Positions 13,809 through 27,625 of a stretch of 64,000 bases of DNA are shown here, piece after piece. How positions within the stretch are numbered: the stretch's first letter is position 1; each line of letters begins with the position of its first letter. This stretch comes from Octopus vulgaris (Eukaryota): NCBI GenBank assembly GCA_951406725.2, contig OX597821.1, positions 42,160,001 to 42,224,000 on the forward strand, in the 5' to 3' direction. A model generated the notes under the pieces. The model saw only the letters and a list, made by a program, of their open reading frames with translations. It was not told where the DNA came from and ran no database searches. Both the position numbers and the translations under genes were made by a program.

Positions 13809-13861
13809 GTATGTATGTATGTATGTATGTATGTATGTATGTATTCATGTATGTATGTATG

Positions 13862-13892
<31 letters not shown>

Positions 13893-14075
13893 GTGTGTGT
13901 ATGTATGTATGTACGAAATTATGTCTGTATGTCTGTATGTATATATGTGTGTATGTATGTATGTATGTATGTATGTATGTATGTATGTATGTATGTATGT
14001 ATGTATGTATGCAGGTATGTATGTATGTATGTATGTACGAAAGTATGTGTGTGTGTATGTATATATGTGTGTATA
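13809..14075. repeat. (TATG)n microsatellite
   Basis: Seen directly. Confidence 0.9.
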
Positions 14076-14157
14076 CGATATAAATGTGTCTATGTTTATG
14101 CATGTGTTTAGACGAAATGTTAAACAAGATGAAAGCAATTGCATGTGTTTAGCTCCG

Positions 14158-14319
14158 ATGGGCTTGTTTCAGTTGGCGTCCATCAAATCCGTTTATAAGG
14201 CTTTGGTTGGCGTGAGGCTATAGTAAAAGACAATTTCCCAAGGTGCCATGCAGTGGAACTGAACCCAGAACCATGTGGTTGAGAAGCAAACTTCTTACTA
14301 TACAGCCACGCCTGCGCCT
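14158..14319 (-). mobile_element. SINE family A, 5' half
   Basis: Reverse complement of the head and CORE region. Confidence 0.75.
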
Positions 14320-14814
14320 GTGGCCGCGCCTTTACAAAATAAAATTATTTTGAGCAGTTTTTTTTTTTTTGGGGGGGGGGATATTTTTCACGACAAAATA
14401 AAAATAAATCTTTACACATATAAATGAGTATCCACAGTTATTTGAATGAGTTTAATAATCACATATTCCGTCCTTCTGTCGAAGCAGCATTTTGGTGTTG
14501 CTCTCACAACGAGTTGTTTACAAGATATTAAAAATATAAAATACGAAACATAAAGATAAAAGAGAACATTATAAAATATGATCATTTTATTTTCTGGCTC
14601 CACTAATTCTAATATTTATTTCGTATTTCATATTCCAACGTTAATTCCACACACCTAGCGGCTAAATATGTCTATTAATAATGGAAATAACTAACAGAAA
14701 AAGCCAAGGTTAAACGAAACAAAATTTAAACGAAATTATGAACATTAATGAAACCGGTAAATTGTTAAATTGCTTTATAGATTTTTAAAAACTGCTCTGC
14801 AAATCTTTTATCAT

Positions 14815-15477
14815 CTACTTGCTTCAGTCATTGGACTGTGGCCATGCTGGGGCACTGCCTCGACGAAATTTAGTCGAACAGATCGACCCCTGTACATTTT
14901 ATTTTTTTAAAAGTCCGGTAATTGTTCTACCGGTCTTTTTTGCCGAATCGCTAGAATACGGGGACTTAAACAAACCAACGCCGCTTGGGGGTCGAACACA
15001 GACAGAAACACACGAACACCGATACACACTCCTGCAAACGCGCGCACGTACACACACACACATATGCGACTGGCTTCAGTTTCCCTCTACCAAATCCGCT
15101 CACTGGGCTTTAATCGGTCAGATACTATAGTAAAAGACACTTGCCCAAAGTGCCACACAGTGGGGCTGAAACTGGAACCATGTGGTTGGAAAGCAAACGT
15201 CTTACCTATTTCTTTACTATCCACGAGGGGTTAAACACAGAGAGGACAAACAAGGACAGACAAACGGATTAAGTCGGTTACATCGACCCCAGTGCGTAAC
15301 TGGTACTTATTTAATCGACCCCGAAAGGATGAAAGGCAAAGTCGGCCTCGGCGGAATTTGAACTCAGAACGTAGCGGCAGGCGAAATACCGCTGAGCATT
15401 TCGCCCGACGCGCTAACGTTTCTGCCAGCTCGCCGCCTTGAAAGCAAACGTCTTACCACTCTGCCACGCCTGCACCT
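14815..15477 (-). mobile_element. SINE A with a nested full-length SINE B (15207-15438)
   Basis: TSD gaaagcaaacgtcttacc at 15189-15206 and 15440-15457. Confidence 0.88.
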
Positions 15478-16344
15478 CTAGCTTGGTAGATCTTGCTTGA
15501 TGTTTTTTTTTTTTTGCTTTTTTTTTTATTTTTAGATATCTTGTTTTAGTTATTCTTAATCCTACACAACTCTGCTCATTAAATGCATTTAATATAAAGT
15601 CTTTTTTTCCAAATTAACAAACTTAACCGAAAACAGAATGTTCATTAATAACCTTTTACTTGAAAAATAAACGTTAGAATTATATTTCCACTTTGAGAAC
15701 GAAATGAAAAGCAATTTCTTTTTCTTTTTCAGTTCCATTAAATGACAGATTTCTTTCGCATAAGTTTAAGCAACAAATATTCGAAAAAGTCTTGTTGCCG
15801 TTATTCTTGTTGCTCCTCTTCGAGTATATGTTTTTCTTTCTTTCTTTCCTTATTTATTTATTTATTTATTCCTTCCTTCCTTCCTTCCTTCCTTCCTTCC
15901 TTTCTTTCTTTCTTTCTTTCTTTCTTCTTTTCTTTCTTTCTCCTTTTTATTGCACACACACACAAATAATCCCTATATATCCTACTCTACTCTTCTCTCT
16001 CTCTCTCTCTCTGCCACTCCCCTTCTCTCTCTTACTCTCTCATTTTCTCTCTCTCACTCTCTCATTCTCTCTCTCTCTCTGCCACTTCCCTTCTCTCTTT
16101 CTGTCTCTCACTCTCTCTCTCTTCCTGAATTCCTCTCTTTCTCTGTTACTCTCTTTCTCTCTGTCACTCTTTCTTTGTGTCCACGAAGATTAAAATTCAA
16201 AACTGCACCCGAGGCAAAGATGCCTTTCTCTAAATAAACTGATTTTCATGTTATTGAAACAAATGGACGAATAAAACAAACGAAATAAAATAAGATGATA
16301 GATATAACAATGGTGTGTGCGTGCGTGCGTGCGTATTGTTTTTG

Positions 16345-17565
16345 TATTAGGCTCTTGATGTGAAATCGTGTACTGAAACAGATGTTGTTTGTCGGATCCA
16401 CTCAGATGCTATTGAAGATGTTCTGAAGAGATCAATAGAACATTTCCCAGATCGTCTTCAGAGTCCATCCACAATAGATGAGAAGGTCACAAAAGACCTG
16501 CTGCAGCAACATGTTATTGAAGAAACGGATAATAATGTTGATATAAGAATTCAAAATTGCCGTTAAATAAATCAGCTCTGGAAAATCCAAGGACCTGACG
16601 GCATACCGGGTGGGATTATAAAGTATTGGGTTGACGGAGCGGCTGGTCTTGCGGACAGACTAACAGTCAATATATGGAATAGTTATCTATTTCTTTATTG
16701 TCCACGGGGGAACGATACACAGAGGGGACAAACAAGAACAGATAAAGGGCTTAAGTCGGTTACATCGACCCCAGTGCGTAACTGGTACTTAATTTATCGA
16801 CCCCGAAAGGATGAAAGGCAAAGTCGACCTCGGCGGAATTGGAACTCAGAACGTAGCGGCAGACGAAATACCTATTTCTATTTCTTTACTACCCACAAGG
16901 GGCTAAACACAGAGAGGACAAACAAGGACAGACAAACGGATTAAGTCGATTACATCGACCCCAGTGCATAACTGGTACTTATTTAATCGACCCCGAAAGG
17001 ATGAAAGGCAAAGTCGACCTCGGCGGAATTTGAACTCAGAACGTAACGGCAGCCGAAATACCGCTAAGCATTTTGCCCGACGGGCTAACGATTTTGCCAG
17101 CTCGACGCCCTAATAAATATGGAATAGTTATCATGTCAGGAATGATTAACCACTTGACCGGGAGTGGAGAGTTGCTGTACTGATTTCATTGCACAAAGGA
17201 GACCGAAGCCCAACTGTTTAATAATTCTAGAGGTATTTCTTTACTTGTAACTGTTAGGGAGAGAATTGCCAGACTTTTACTGAATTGACTGCAGACATAC
17301 TTCATTTGATCCCGGGGTCTCACTGTGGATTTAGATCTGATAAAGTGATGATCTTTAGAGTTAGACAGTTGCAGGAAATGTACATAAATCGGAAACTTCT
17401 CCCTTGACAAATCTTCGTTGATCTTAATGCAAACGTTTGACACGGTGAATAGAAATGAGCTGTAAACGAATCCAGGGAACAATGAGGTTATTCAAACATT
17501 TAGGGATTGTGGTCCAGGTACCTTTGTCCACTTTCACACAACTGGAAAACTCTATTAACCTTTTT
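16345..17565 (+). mobile_element. Decayed RTE-clade LINE (RT region) interrupted by a SINE B dimer
   Basis: Remnant peptides SSGK..GPDGIP, NNSRGISLL, FDTVNRNEL and TTGKL in shifting frames. Confidence 0.7.
16688..17110 (-). mobile_element. SINE B dimer inserted with a single TSD
   Basis: TSD atatggaatagttatc at 16672-16687 and 17117-17132. The two units join at about 16872. Confidence 0.88.
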
Positions 17566-17580
17566 CTAATCTAAACCCAA

Positions 17581-17645
<65 letters not shown>

Positions 17646-18062
17646 CACTTTTATATTAATAACTATGGAAGACCGGTGGGAATATTATCTGTATGGACTT
17701 CAAGGGCTAGGTTGCTATTTAGTTACACAATTCAGGAGTTAGTTATATGTTTACTCATAGAATTAATTTACCAACACTGTTTTTGTTCATAGGGTAAATG
17801 TGTTTCTTTGTTGTAGTTTAATTAATAATGTTAGTGTTTAATCCTTCCAAGAATTAAGATTGAATGAATGTGGTGATATCTTAAGTATTTTTGTTCCTAA
17901 AAAAACACTTATTTTAGTGCTGTTGACACCGCCGTATTGAATGGTACTGCCCAGGTGTCGAAACCATAGTGATATCCGTAGGCAGCTGATGATGGGTGTA
18001 TGTTGGATTGCTGGTATGGCTGTTATTGTATCTGTGGGATAGTTTTACAAGACATCCATTTG

Positions 18063-18155
<93 letters not shown>

Positions 18156-18240
18156 AATTTTTTGTAACGATAAAGTTTTTAGTTGTAGTCGACAGTCACC
18201 GGTTTTAAGGGTTAGGTTTTATTTGGGTGTAGTTACTAAT

Positions 18241-18944
18241 TGTAAAGGGTAAGATTCATTAGGTACACAATATGATTAATCGGAGTCAGCAGTTGTAAGA
18301 TGTGAAAGATGGACAATGCATGAAGTTTTAAGAAAGTATTTATTTACCGTTACGTTACAATAACTTGCCTCGACGAGCGGGTTATGATAAATCCAAAAGC
18401 ATGCGAAGTAAAGCTTGTGTTTGGGTTCTCTTCATTGTTTAGTAGTAATTGTGGAGAGAAATAGAATGATGTTGTAAGAGAACAGAATTGGAGCTAGTGA
18501 GAGGTGTAGGGTGTGGGACGTTGTCTCACAGTTGCTGACAGTAAACTTCATTTCTCCCTCTGACCAATGCTCTAGCTGATCAGCCAGACTTCGTTGAGTG
18601 GTCACCATGTGACTAGACTCGTTGAGTCGTCACCGACTGTGACTGACTTTTGCTTGGGGTGTGCTTGCTTTTATAACTATCCAGAAGGATAGATATATCA
18701 TTGAGAACAATAGATGTAGTTGGTGGTCTTGTTATCTCTATTTTAGCTTTTGGGGGAAGTTGAAGAGGTTAGAAAGGATCAAGTGGTGAAGACATTATTT
18801 CGGCCTAGCTAAAGGCATCTGGAAAATGTAAAACTGCTGTCAGAGAAAAACCATTGTTCCAGCGTGGGAAAAGTTCTGTTGCTGTGTTAATTTAAATTTG
18901 GTTATGGTGGATCGAATCCACTTCATGCATGCAAGATCCACTAC

Positions 18945-18945
<1 letters not shown>
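18241..18945 (-). mobile_element. Candidate solo LTR
   Basis: TGTA...TACA termini. On the minus strand, TATAAAA (about 18670) precedes AATAAA (about 18340). Short internal direct repeats. No clear TSD. Confidence 0.5.
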
Positions 18946-18995
<50 letters not shown>

Positions 18996-19039
18996 CATGT
19001 ATGTATGTATGTATGTATGTATGTATGTATGTATGTATG

Positions 19040-19071
<32 letters not shown>

Positions 19072-19076
19072 TCTTT

Positions 19077-19658
19077 TATTGAGAGTTAGCTAAAGGAGAA
19101 CGACCTCCACATAAACCAAAAAAGAGGTATAAGGACTTGCTGAAAATTTCCTTAAGAGATGCTTGCATCTCTCCTGACAGATGGGAAGGCATAGCTATTG
19201 ATCGTAGCAGGTGGAGAAGGATTGTGCATGAGGGGACAGCCACTTTTGGGAAATCTCGAGTTGCACATGAGAAAGTAAGGAGGGATGTCAGGAAAGGCAT
19301 CGCTGTTACACTTCCAGATGGGAAGGGTCTTCTTATGATGCTGACACGCAGTGTCTGTGCAAGACCCTGCCTCAGTAAAGCTGAACTCAAGAGTCATCTT
19401 CGTAGTCATAAAGCGAGACAGATGAGTGACAACCTGGCCACTGGTGGTGGTGTTACACACCATACCAATCATATCTGTCAGACATGTGAAAGAGAGTGTA
19501 ATTCGGTAGGAGGACTTAAACGACATGCAAAGGTACACGAAACCCAGTTACAACTACTTCCGGCTATTACCGGTAAAGCTTTTAGTTGCCAATTCTGTAC
19601 AAGACATTGTAGAACTTTGGCTGGGCTAAAAAGTCACATTCGATCACAGCACCAGTAA
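19077..19658 (+). mobile_element. RTE LINE ORF C-terminus with a C2H2 zinc-finger array
   Basis: GERPPHKPKKRYKDLLK..L....I....WE..A.DRSRWR, then VCARPCLSKAELKSHLRSH, CQTCERECNSVGGLKRHAKVH and CQFCTRHCRTLAGLKSHIRSQH, then stop. Confidence 0.82.
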
Positions 19659-19974
19659 CAGTTAAGTTTCGTGCAATGACCATATGTTTTCGTCATCCAA
19701 ATGATTGGATGGTTTAGCGATTCACTAATGTGTATATATAAAATTAATACAAACAGCAGTTTGCAATGCTTCACTATAGAGAAGAATTACAAATGTCACT
19801 GGGTGTGAGTTATGGCCCCTCTTAGTGTATATGCTTTCATTCAGGTACGTTAACAACAACCTTGGAGTGGTTTAGCTCTTGTTTTTCAACGAACAAGTGA
19901 CCAGCTACAATAAACACAATATTTAAAAAGAGGAAGAGATTGTAGCTGGTCACTTGTTTGTCGTTTATTGTATG

Positions 19975-20014
<40 letters not shown>

Positions 20015-20165
20015 CATACATACATAACACATACATACATACATACATACATAACACATACATACATACACACATACGCACACTCACGCATAGATAGATG
20101 TACACATACATATATACATGCGCGCATACATACATACATATATATATATACATATACACATACAT

Positions 20166-20202
<37 letters not shown>

Positions 20203-20204
<2 letters not shown>

Positions 20205-20361
20205 AGTGGCTGTGTGGTAAGTAGCTTGCTTACCAACTACATGGTTCCGGGTTCAGTCCCACTGCGTGGCATCTTGGGCAAGTGTCTTCTGCTATAGCCC
20301 TGGGCCGACCAATGCCTTGTGAGTGAATTTGGTAGACGGAAACTGAAAGAAGCCTGTCGTA

Positions 20362-20456
<95 letters not shown>

Positions 20457-20675
20457 ATATGTTTGTGTGTCTGTGTTTGTCCCCCTAGCCTTGCTTGACA
20501 ACCGATGCTGGTGTGTTTACGTCCTCGTCACTTAGCGGTTCGGCAAAAAAGACCGATAGAATAAGTACTGGGCTTACAAAAAATAAGTCCCGGGGGTCGA
20601 CTTGCTCGACTAAAGGCGGTGCTCCAGCATGGCCGCAGTCAAATGACTGAAACAAGTAAAAGAAAAAAAAAGAGA
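20203..20675 (+). mobile_element. SINE family A with an expanded internal TA/TG microsatellite
   Basis: Complete head and tail. Confidence 0.88.
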
Positions 20676-20756
20676 GTATATATACATATATATATATACC
20701 ACATATATATATATACATATATATATACCACATATATATATATATATACATATATA

Positions 20757-20788
<32 letters not shown>

Positions 20789-20976
20789 CACACAAACATA
20801 CAAATACACATACATAATCACATACGTACATACATATACGCATGCATATCATACATATATACACACATGCACACGCGCACACATACATACGTACAAACAC
20901 ACACACACATGCATACAAATAAACATACACACACACATAGGTATACGCATGCATAACATACATATATACATATATT

Positions 20977-21008
<32 letters not shown>

Positions 21009-21095
21009 TTCACACACATACATCCCTACATACATAACATGCACATGTACAAACACCCTTATGTGTACACACACACACACACACACACACATAAA

Positions 21096-21132
<37 letters not shown>

Positions 21133-21226
21133 GTATGCATACACCTGTAATGTCTACCTGTATTTAAGCTACACCATCAACCCCGCCACTTCCTTTCTTA
21201 GGGTTATTTTCGACCATTCTTTCGTA

Positions 21227-21286
<60 letters not shown>

Positions 21287-21692
21287 TCCTTGTACCTTTC
21301 CTAGTTTTATTGTTCACCTCTCACAGCCACTCACCTCTCACAATTGGCGATCGTATGCTTTCGCAGGATGTTATTTACCAAAATCAGTTTTTACGTCAGT
21401 CTTACCTTGACAACCAAAATCGCTTGTCAACGGAAATCCTTTTCTTTTCGTTTTTTTTTTTTGTTTTTTTTTTTTGGCAAATATCTTCGTTGCACTCCGT
21501 TGACCACAAAACATAAAGAAAATCTTCTGCTAAATGATCTCCACATTCATGTACATGCACATGCACAGATGCACACATGCACATGCACACCGGCACGCAC
21601 TTGCACAGCCACATAAAAACACGATATAGGTGCGTGTACATACATACATATTTGCATATACAAGCAAACCTACACATGCACATAAGAGTATA

Positions 21693-21728
<36 letters not shown>

Positions 21729-21744
21729 TGTATGTATGTATGTA

Positions 21745-21777
<33 letters not shown>

Positions 21778-21901
21778 ATGTATGTATGTATGTATGCATG
21801 TATGTATGTATGTATGTATGTATGTATGTATGTATGTATGTATGTATGTATGTATATTCAGTAGCAGAGAGACATGCATGTGAAGGAGAATTAAGGAAAC
21901 T

Positions 21902-22238
21902 AGAAGAAGAAGAAGAAGAAGAAGAAGAAGAAGAAGAAGAAGAAGAAGAAGAAGAAGAAGAAGAAGAAGAAGGAGGAGGAGAAGAAGAAGAAGAAGAAGA
22001 AGAAGAAGAAGAAGAAAGAGAAGAAGAAGAAGAAGAAGAAGAAGAAGAAGAAGAAGAAGGAGGAGGAGGAGGAGAAGAAGAAGAAGAAGAAGAAGAAGAA
22101 GAAGAAGAAGAAGAAGAAGAAGAGGAGAAGAAGAAGGAGAAGAAGAAGAAGAAGAAGAAGAAGAAGAAGAAGAAGAAGAAGAAGAAGAAGAAGAAGAAAG
22201 AGAAGAAGAAGAAGAAGAAGAAGAAGAAGAAGAAGAAG

Positions 22239-22268
<30 letters not shown>
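21902..22268. repeat. (GAA)n/(GGA)n polypurine tract, about 365 bp
   Basis: Seen directly. Confidence 0.97.
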
Positions 22269-22269
<1 letters not shown>

Positions 22270-22400
22270 TGATGCAGCTTTGAGGACGAACAAATATGAT
22301 TGCATATACACAAATAAGTGCATACAATGCCGTAATTGACGCACACGTAAACACATGCATACATACTTTGCATTCGTATCACAGGCAGGGAAGTGTGACA

Positions 22401-22436
<36 letters not shown>

Positions 22437-22746
22437 TACACTCAAGCAGCTACAGGATACGTCCACCGTGTTGCTGTTGCACGGACACGAACACGTGTTG
22501 TGGATGGATGTTGTCACCAAGAGGTGTGTATACATTCGTTTGGTGTGTCCACGTGAGAAGGGATAGCGTGTTGTGTATTATTAACAAACTCTGAATTATG
22601 TAACGAGTATGTATGTATGTATGCATGTATGTATGTATGTATGTATGTATGTATGTATGTATGTAGAGTGCATGTTTGTGTCGTGTATATAATATGTATG
22701 TGTGTGTGTTTATGTAGGTAGATAGATAGGAAGGAAGGTATGTATG

Positions 22747-22830
<84 letters not shown>

Positions 22831-23020
22831 TGTATGTATGCATGTATGTATGTATATATGTATGTAAGCATGTATATATGTATGTCAGCATGTATATATG
22901 TATGTGTATTTATGTATGTCTGTCTGTGTATACATACGTATGTTTAGAGAGAAACATGTATGCGTATGTCTGTCTCTTAATCCTGTCCATTTATCTGTAT
23001 GTATCTCTGTAAGTATTATG

Positions 23021-23056
<36 letters not shown>

Positions 23057-23759
23057 CGTGTGTGTGTGCGTGCGTGTGTGTGTATGTGTGTGTATATGTG
23101 TGTGTGTGTGTTTGTGTGTATGTATGTATGTATCTATCTATCTTTCTATCTATGTATTTATCTATCTATCTATCTATCTTTCTATATATGTATGTATGCA
23201 TCTAGTATGTATATATGTGCGCGTGTATACATGTATGGAAGTATAATTGTTTTTATCTCTTCCTAATCGAAATTTAAATGGTTATTTTTCACTGCCCACA
23301 TTCTTTGCAACAAGTTTACCAAAATAATGCAGGAGCCAGTCCTGATTTGATTAGACTTGAAGCTCCAAAATACTAGCAGGGTATAATATGTGTACAAATG
23401 GTCCTAATACCATGAAACGTGATTTTTAAGTATGTTTAGGTATGGAGATAATCAACTTGTGTAAATAATTAATTTAATTAGACTTTAAGCTCCAATAATG
23501 AATTACATTGACTATTACTCCTTAGACAAAAGTGATACTTAAATGAAAACTTAAGGAAAAAAACGGGTATGGAAAAACAAATTAAGAAGTTTTAATTAGA
23601 TACGTAATTAGGAATTAATTAGACTTTCTACTCCAGCGTCAATTTTTTCGCAGAATTGTTCACTAAACCCAACTGAATCTATTCATGTCACTTAAGAACC
23701 ATTTTAGGTATGAATTTCTAATTTAAGAAGCATTTTCTACTAATCACTATACACTAATT

Positions 23760-24345
23760 AAGGAGAAATATACAGAACCACTGTTCTCAAGCTACGTGAT
23801 GAATGCAACATACAAATGTAATGGTTCACATCGCCATTCTCTTTAAATGTTAAGATCTTCCTTAGTTTAGTTGATAGACACTTCTCCCGAACTAATAGAT
23901 TCAACAAAATATTTAACAGACATACCCGAAGACTATCCTTTAGCTGTGTACCTAGTGTAAAAAAGATTTTAGAAGGTAGACTCAATTCCGAGGCTGAGGC
24001 AGGATGCTCATGCAGGGGTAACACAACTTGTCCACTAAACGGTCACTGCAATACAAAAACAGTTGTTTACGGGGCAGAACAGCAACAGGACCAAATGGAC
24101 AACTGAGCGTGCGGACGTATGTGGGGGCAACGGGAGGCTCTTTCAGAACCCGCTTTAATAACCATAAGTCCTCTTTCAACATCCTAGAAAGACGTAATGC
24201 CACAACCTTCACCAAGCACGTCTGGAATTTGAAAGAAAGTACAGCATAAACTTGAAGATCTCAGAAAGATGCAAACCGTACTTCAGTAGCAGCAGGAAGT
24301 GCAGATTAGTCTGGCTGAGAAGTCAAAAATTATCCGCACCTTTTC
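23760..24345 (+). mobile_element. Penelope-like element fragment (GIY-YIG region)
   Basis: FLSLVDRHF...KIFNRH..RLSFSC, CSC...CPLNG.C, YVGATGGSFRTRFNNHKSSF and KHVWNLKE. Confidence 0.85.
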
Positions 24346-24367
24346 CATAACATATCTTTATTGTTAG

Positions 24368-24567
24368 GTGCTGAAATTCATCGGAAGATTTTAGCACAAT
24401 TCGGGAACAGTGCAGTACTGCATAGAAGCGTGCATAAGTGGATCAAGAAGTTTAAAAGTGACCGGACAAGTGTGACGCACGAAAAGGGAGCAGGACGCCC
24501 GTCAACCTCCACCACTGACGAGAAGATTCAGTAAGATCGAGAGATGGTAATGGTGAACCGGCGAGTT
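24368..24567 (+). mobile_element. Mariner transposase N-terminal (HTH) fragment
   Basis: AEIHRKILAQFG...SVHKWIKKFKSDRTSVTHEKGAGRPSTSTTDEKI. Confidence 0.8.
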
Positions 24568-26427
24568 CTAAAGTTAGGAGGAGCGAGTACATAAAAAAGG
24601 CACCGGGACATATACAAGACAATTTTTAACTCATTTCTCTGATATTATGCGAAATATTTCATTAGTTATAATATACGTAACTGTATTTCTACATTCATTA
24701 ATTTCATACTTCAGTAAAAATGTCGTTATGTATAAAAATTACAGCTACTGATATAGGTGTGACGTGAAAAAAGATGAAACTCCACGGGGTCATCCAGTGT
24801 TGAGAGGTTATGGCGTCAGAGTTTGTTTCAGCGACCACCAACACATCACAGAAGATTGAGCAGAGAGTTCAAAAACAAGGAAAGTTGGTCAAATAAAGTA
24901 ATGACTCCAGAAAGTTCTTCCAAGACCATGCGATTAACAAAATAAAACAGAATTGACTTTTATCGCACAAATGAACTAAAGAGTTTTAAAAATTGTTGTA
25001 AAGGTACCAGTTTTTGAAAAATGTGCTCGCGGGGCGCGGTTGCTCCCCTTGCCGCCCTATTAGCTATACCACTGGAGAGAAAGAGCAATACTCACAAGCT
25101 GTGACCCTGCAGCACACCGTTTTAGTTACGAATTGTGCCAGATTTGACTTGCTTATTATTTCTTCTGAGAAGTAAAGTAGTTCATCAAGTTTCGAAGTGT
25201 TAAATAACACCTAGCAGTAGTTGTGGGACTGGGACTAAATGTAATGCTTGATAATTTACCTGTGGTATACTCAGCCACATTATAGTAATGTTCCTACGAT
25301 TCTTCACCGTTTATTTTTCTATAATTTTCCTGACCAATAGTTGTTGTATATAGTTCGTCACTTCGTTCTTTCTCGCACAGATTTCTCAGGTGACGAAAGT
25401 AATGAGAGCCGACAGCTTTTTAGACAAGTCTAACGTTACTATTAGTTTCATTTCTTAATGTTTCTGGTGTTTTGTGAATGTATTGTATGCGTTGCATTGC
25501 ATAACTACAAGAATCCATAGAATACTTTACTGCAAAATGAAATACTATTTTCTTTTTATGTTACCAGAAGCTCACTCTAAACCAAGATGTTTGCTTGTAT
25601 TTCGATTACATAATTTCAGTTCCTCGTGATGGAGTCAGCAACGTGACATCGTGCATTAGTCAATGTATGGGACACCAAATGTGACTAAAATGGTATGTTG
25701 CAAAGCGATAACTTATCAGTTCAACTCTTTGTCCTTTCGTCAAACACGTTAGCATGTTTGCTCCCAAAACAATGCTAAAAGAAAAGGAACCACTAATATA
25801 TTTAATAATAAATCTCAGAGCGAGTTTAAATGGCAAATATACTTCACAATATATTTAATCTTTTCTTTATAAACGACCTGAAATTGTATGGACAAAGTCA
25901 AACACATTGATATTTACAGTTTCGTATATTGTCACTATGTTCATTGACTACGTATATTATAGTGAAATACTTGCTATTTCATTTAAGACATCCATTTCTA
26001 ACTAAAGAAATTCCTTTCATATATTTACTTCAAATAGTTATCTTTCTAGTTAATGTTTAAAACTTGCTGCAGCACACCATCCCAAAACCGTTTGCTGTGT
26101 GTCAAGAAGATTTTGAAATTCCCCCGTTTGCTCAATGAGGCAGTAAATTCGAGATAAAGCGATGACAGCCTTAGGAGAGAGCAGCTCTGTGGTATAGCTA
26201 CCCTATTACCAGTCACTGTGGTACTACTTCCTCACTAACTCACTATTACTGTAGCCATGCATCGCCATCTGGTGTCATCTTGGACGATTCACTTTGTATG
26301 TAGCCATGTCCTTAGCAGCCCGTTCATTTAGATATTTTACGCTTAACCATAGTTCTGTGTGTTTAATATTCTATAGGCTTTCCAGTTTTTGCATAAAATC
26401 AAAGGTATTTTAGTCCTAGTTTATATA

Positions 26428-26629
26428 CGAGGGGGAGCTAAAATGGAATTGCGAAAGGCCTGATTGGAGACCCAATCATCCGAGTTCTTTTACAGGGCTG
26501 AGAAAAACTGAAGGACCGCTGCAATAAGTGTGTGAATCTGAGAGGAGAATATCTTGAATAAAATCATAATTAACTGATACTCCTGTATTTTCTTTTGCTC
26601 CAAACCAGGAACTTTTCAGTACCCCCTTG
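26428..26629 (+). mobile_element. Mariner-derived MITE
   Basis: TA-cgagggggagctaaaa ... ttttcagtacccccttg. Retains the transposase end (KCVNLRGEYLE*). Confidence 0.75.
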
Positions 26630-27000
26630 TCTATATTCCTCATATAAATATTTCTAACGTTCGTAATTCCACTAAAAACGATAGCAGGAATAGTCTCGAT
26701 TCCATTGGCAGACCATTTCTATATTTTTAGCCATAGTGATTATGTCTGTTCACTATTAAATTATATTTAACTTGAAATAAACGGTGAAATTCTTTAAAAA
26801 TTCAGACAAATTTTTGTCACGATTAAATTGAAAGTTATTCACAGTTTAAATGTTAGTTTTTTTCCCATGTCTTTGAGATTGTTTTAGTTCTTCAATTGTG
26901 TCTCTGCGTACGTACATAATAACCTCACCATGTGATACCTGTGTATGCGTGTAGGTATGGTTGTATATCAATATATGTTTCTTTCCGCATACGTATGTAA

Positions 27001-27088
<88 letters not shown>

Positions 27089-27092
<4 letters not shown>

Positions 27093-27304
27093 GGTAAAGA
27101 CCCCTTCGGTCATGAGTGACCATGGGTTTGCACCTAGAGAGTTACCCTCTGAGGCACAAGTCTGGGCAAGGTTGTTTTATGGAAGACCAGTAGTCGCCCA
27201 TGCATACCGGCCTCCCCTCTCCACGCCACCAGTGTTATCCAAGGGAAAGACAAAGGTCGATACAGCTTGGCACCTGTGACGTCGCAACTCATTTCTACAG
27301 CTGA

Positions 27305-27306
<2 letters not shown>
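27089..27306 (-). mobile_element. 3' part of a SINE-like retroposon lying between TA arrays
   Basis: GC-balanced segment ending (minus strand) gaccgaaggggtctttaccctt. Its start cactcagctg..aaatgagt resembles the 29823-29846 segment of SINE D. Confidence 0.5.

Positions 27307-27625
<319 letters not shown>

Noticed and set aside
17917-17995. Possible hammerhead (ctgttgacacc...ggtgtcgaaacc)
   Set aside because: The core box is not CTGANGA and no convincing stem I or III forms.
23350-23635. CRISPR-like spaced repeats
   Set aside because: Eukaryotic context, degenerate repeats, spacers over 100 bp and no cas genes.
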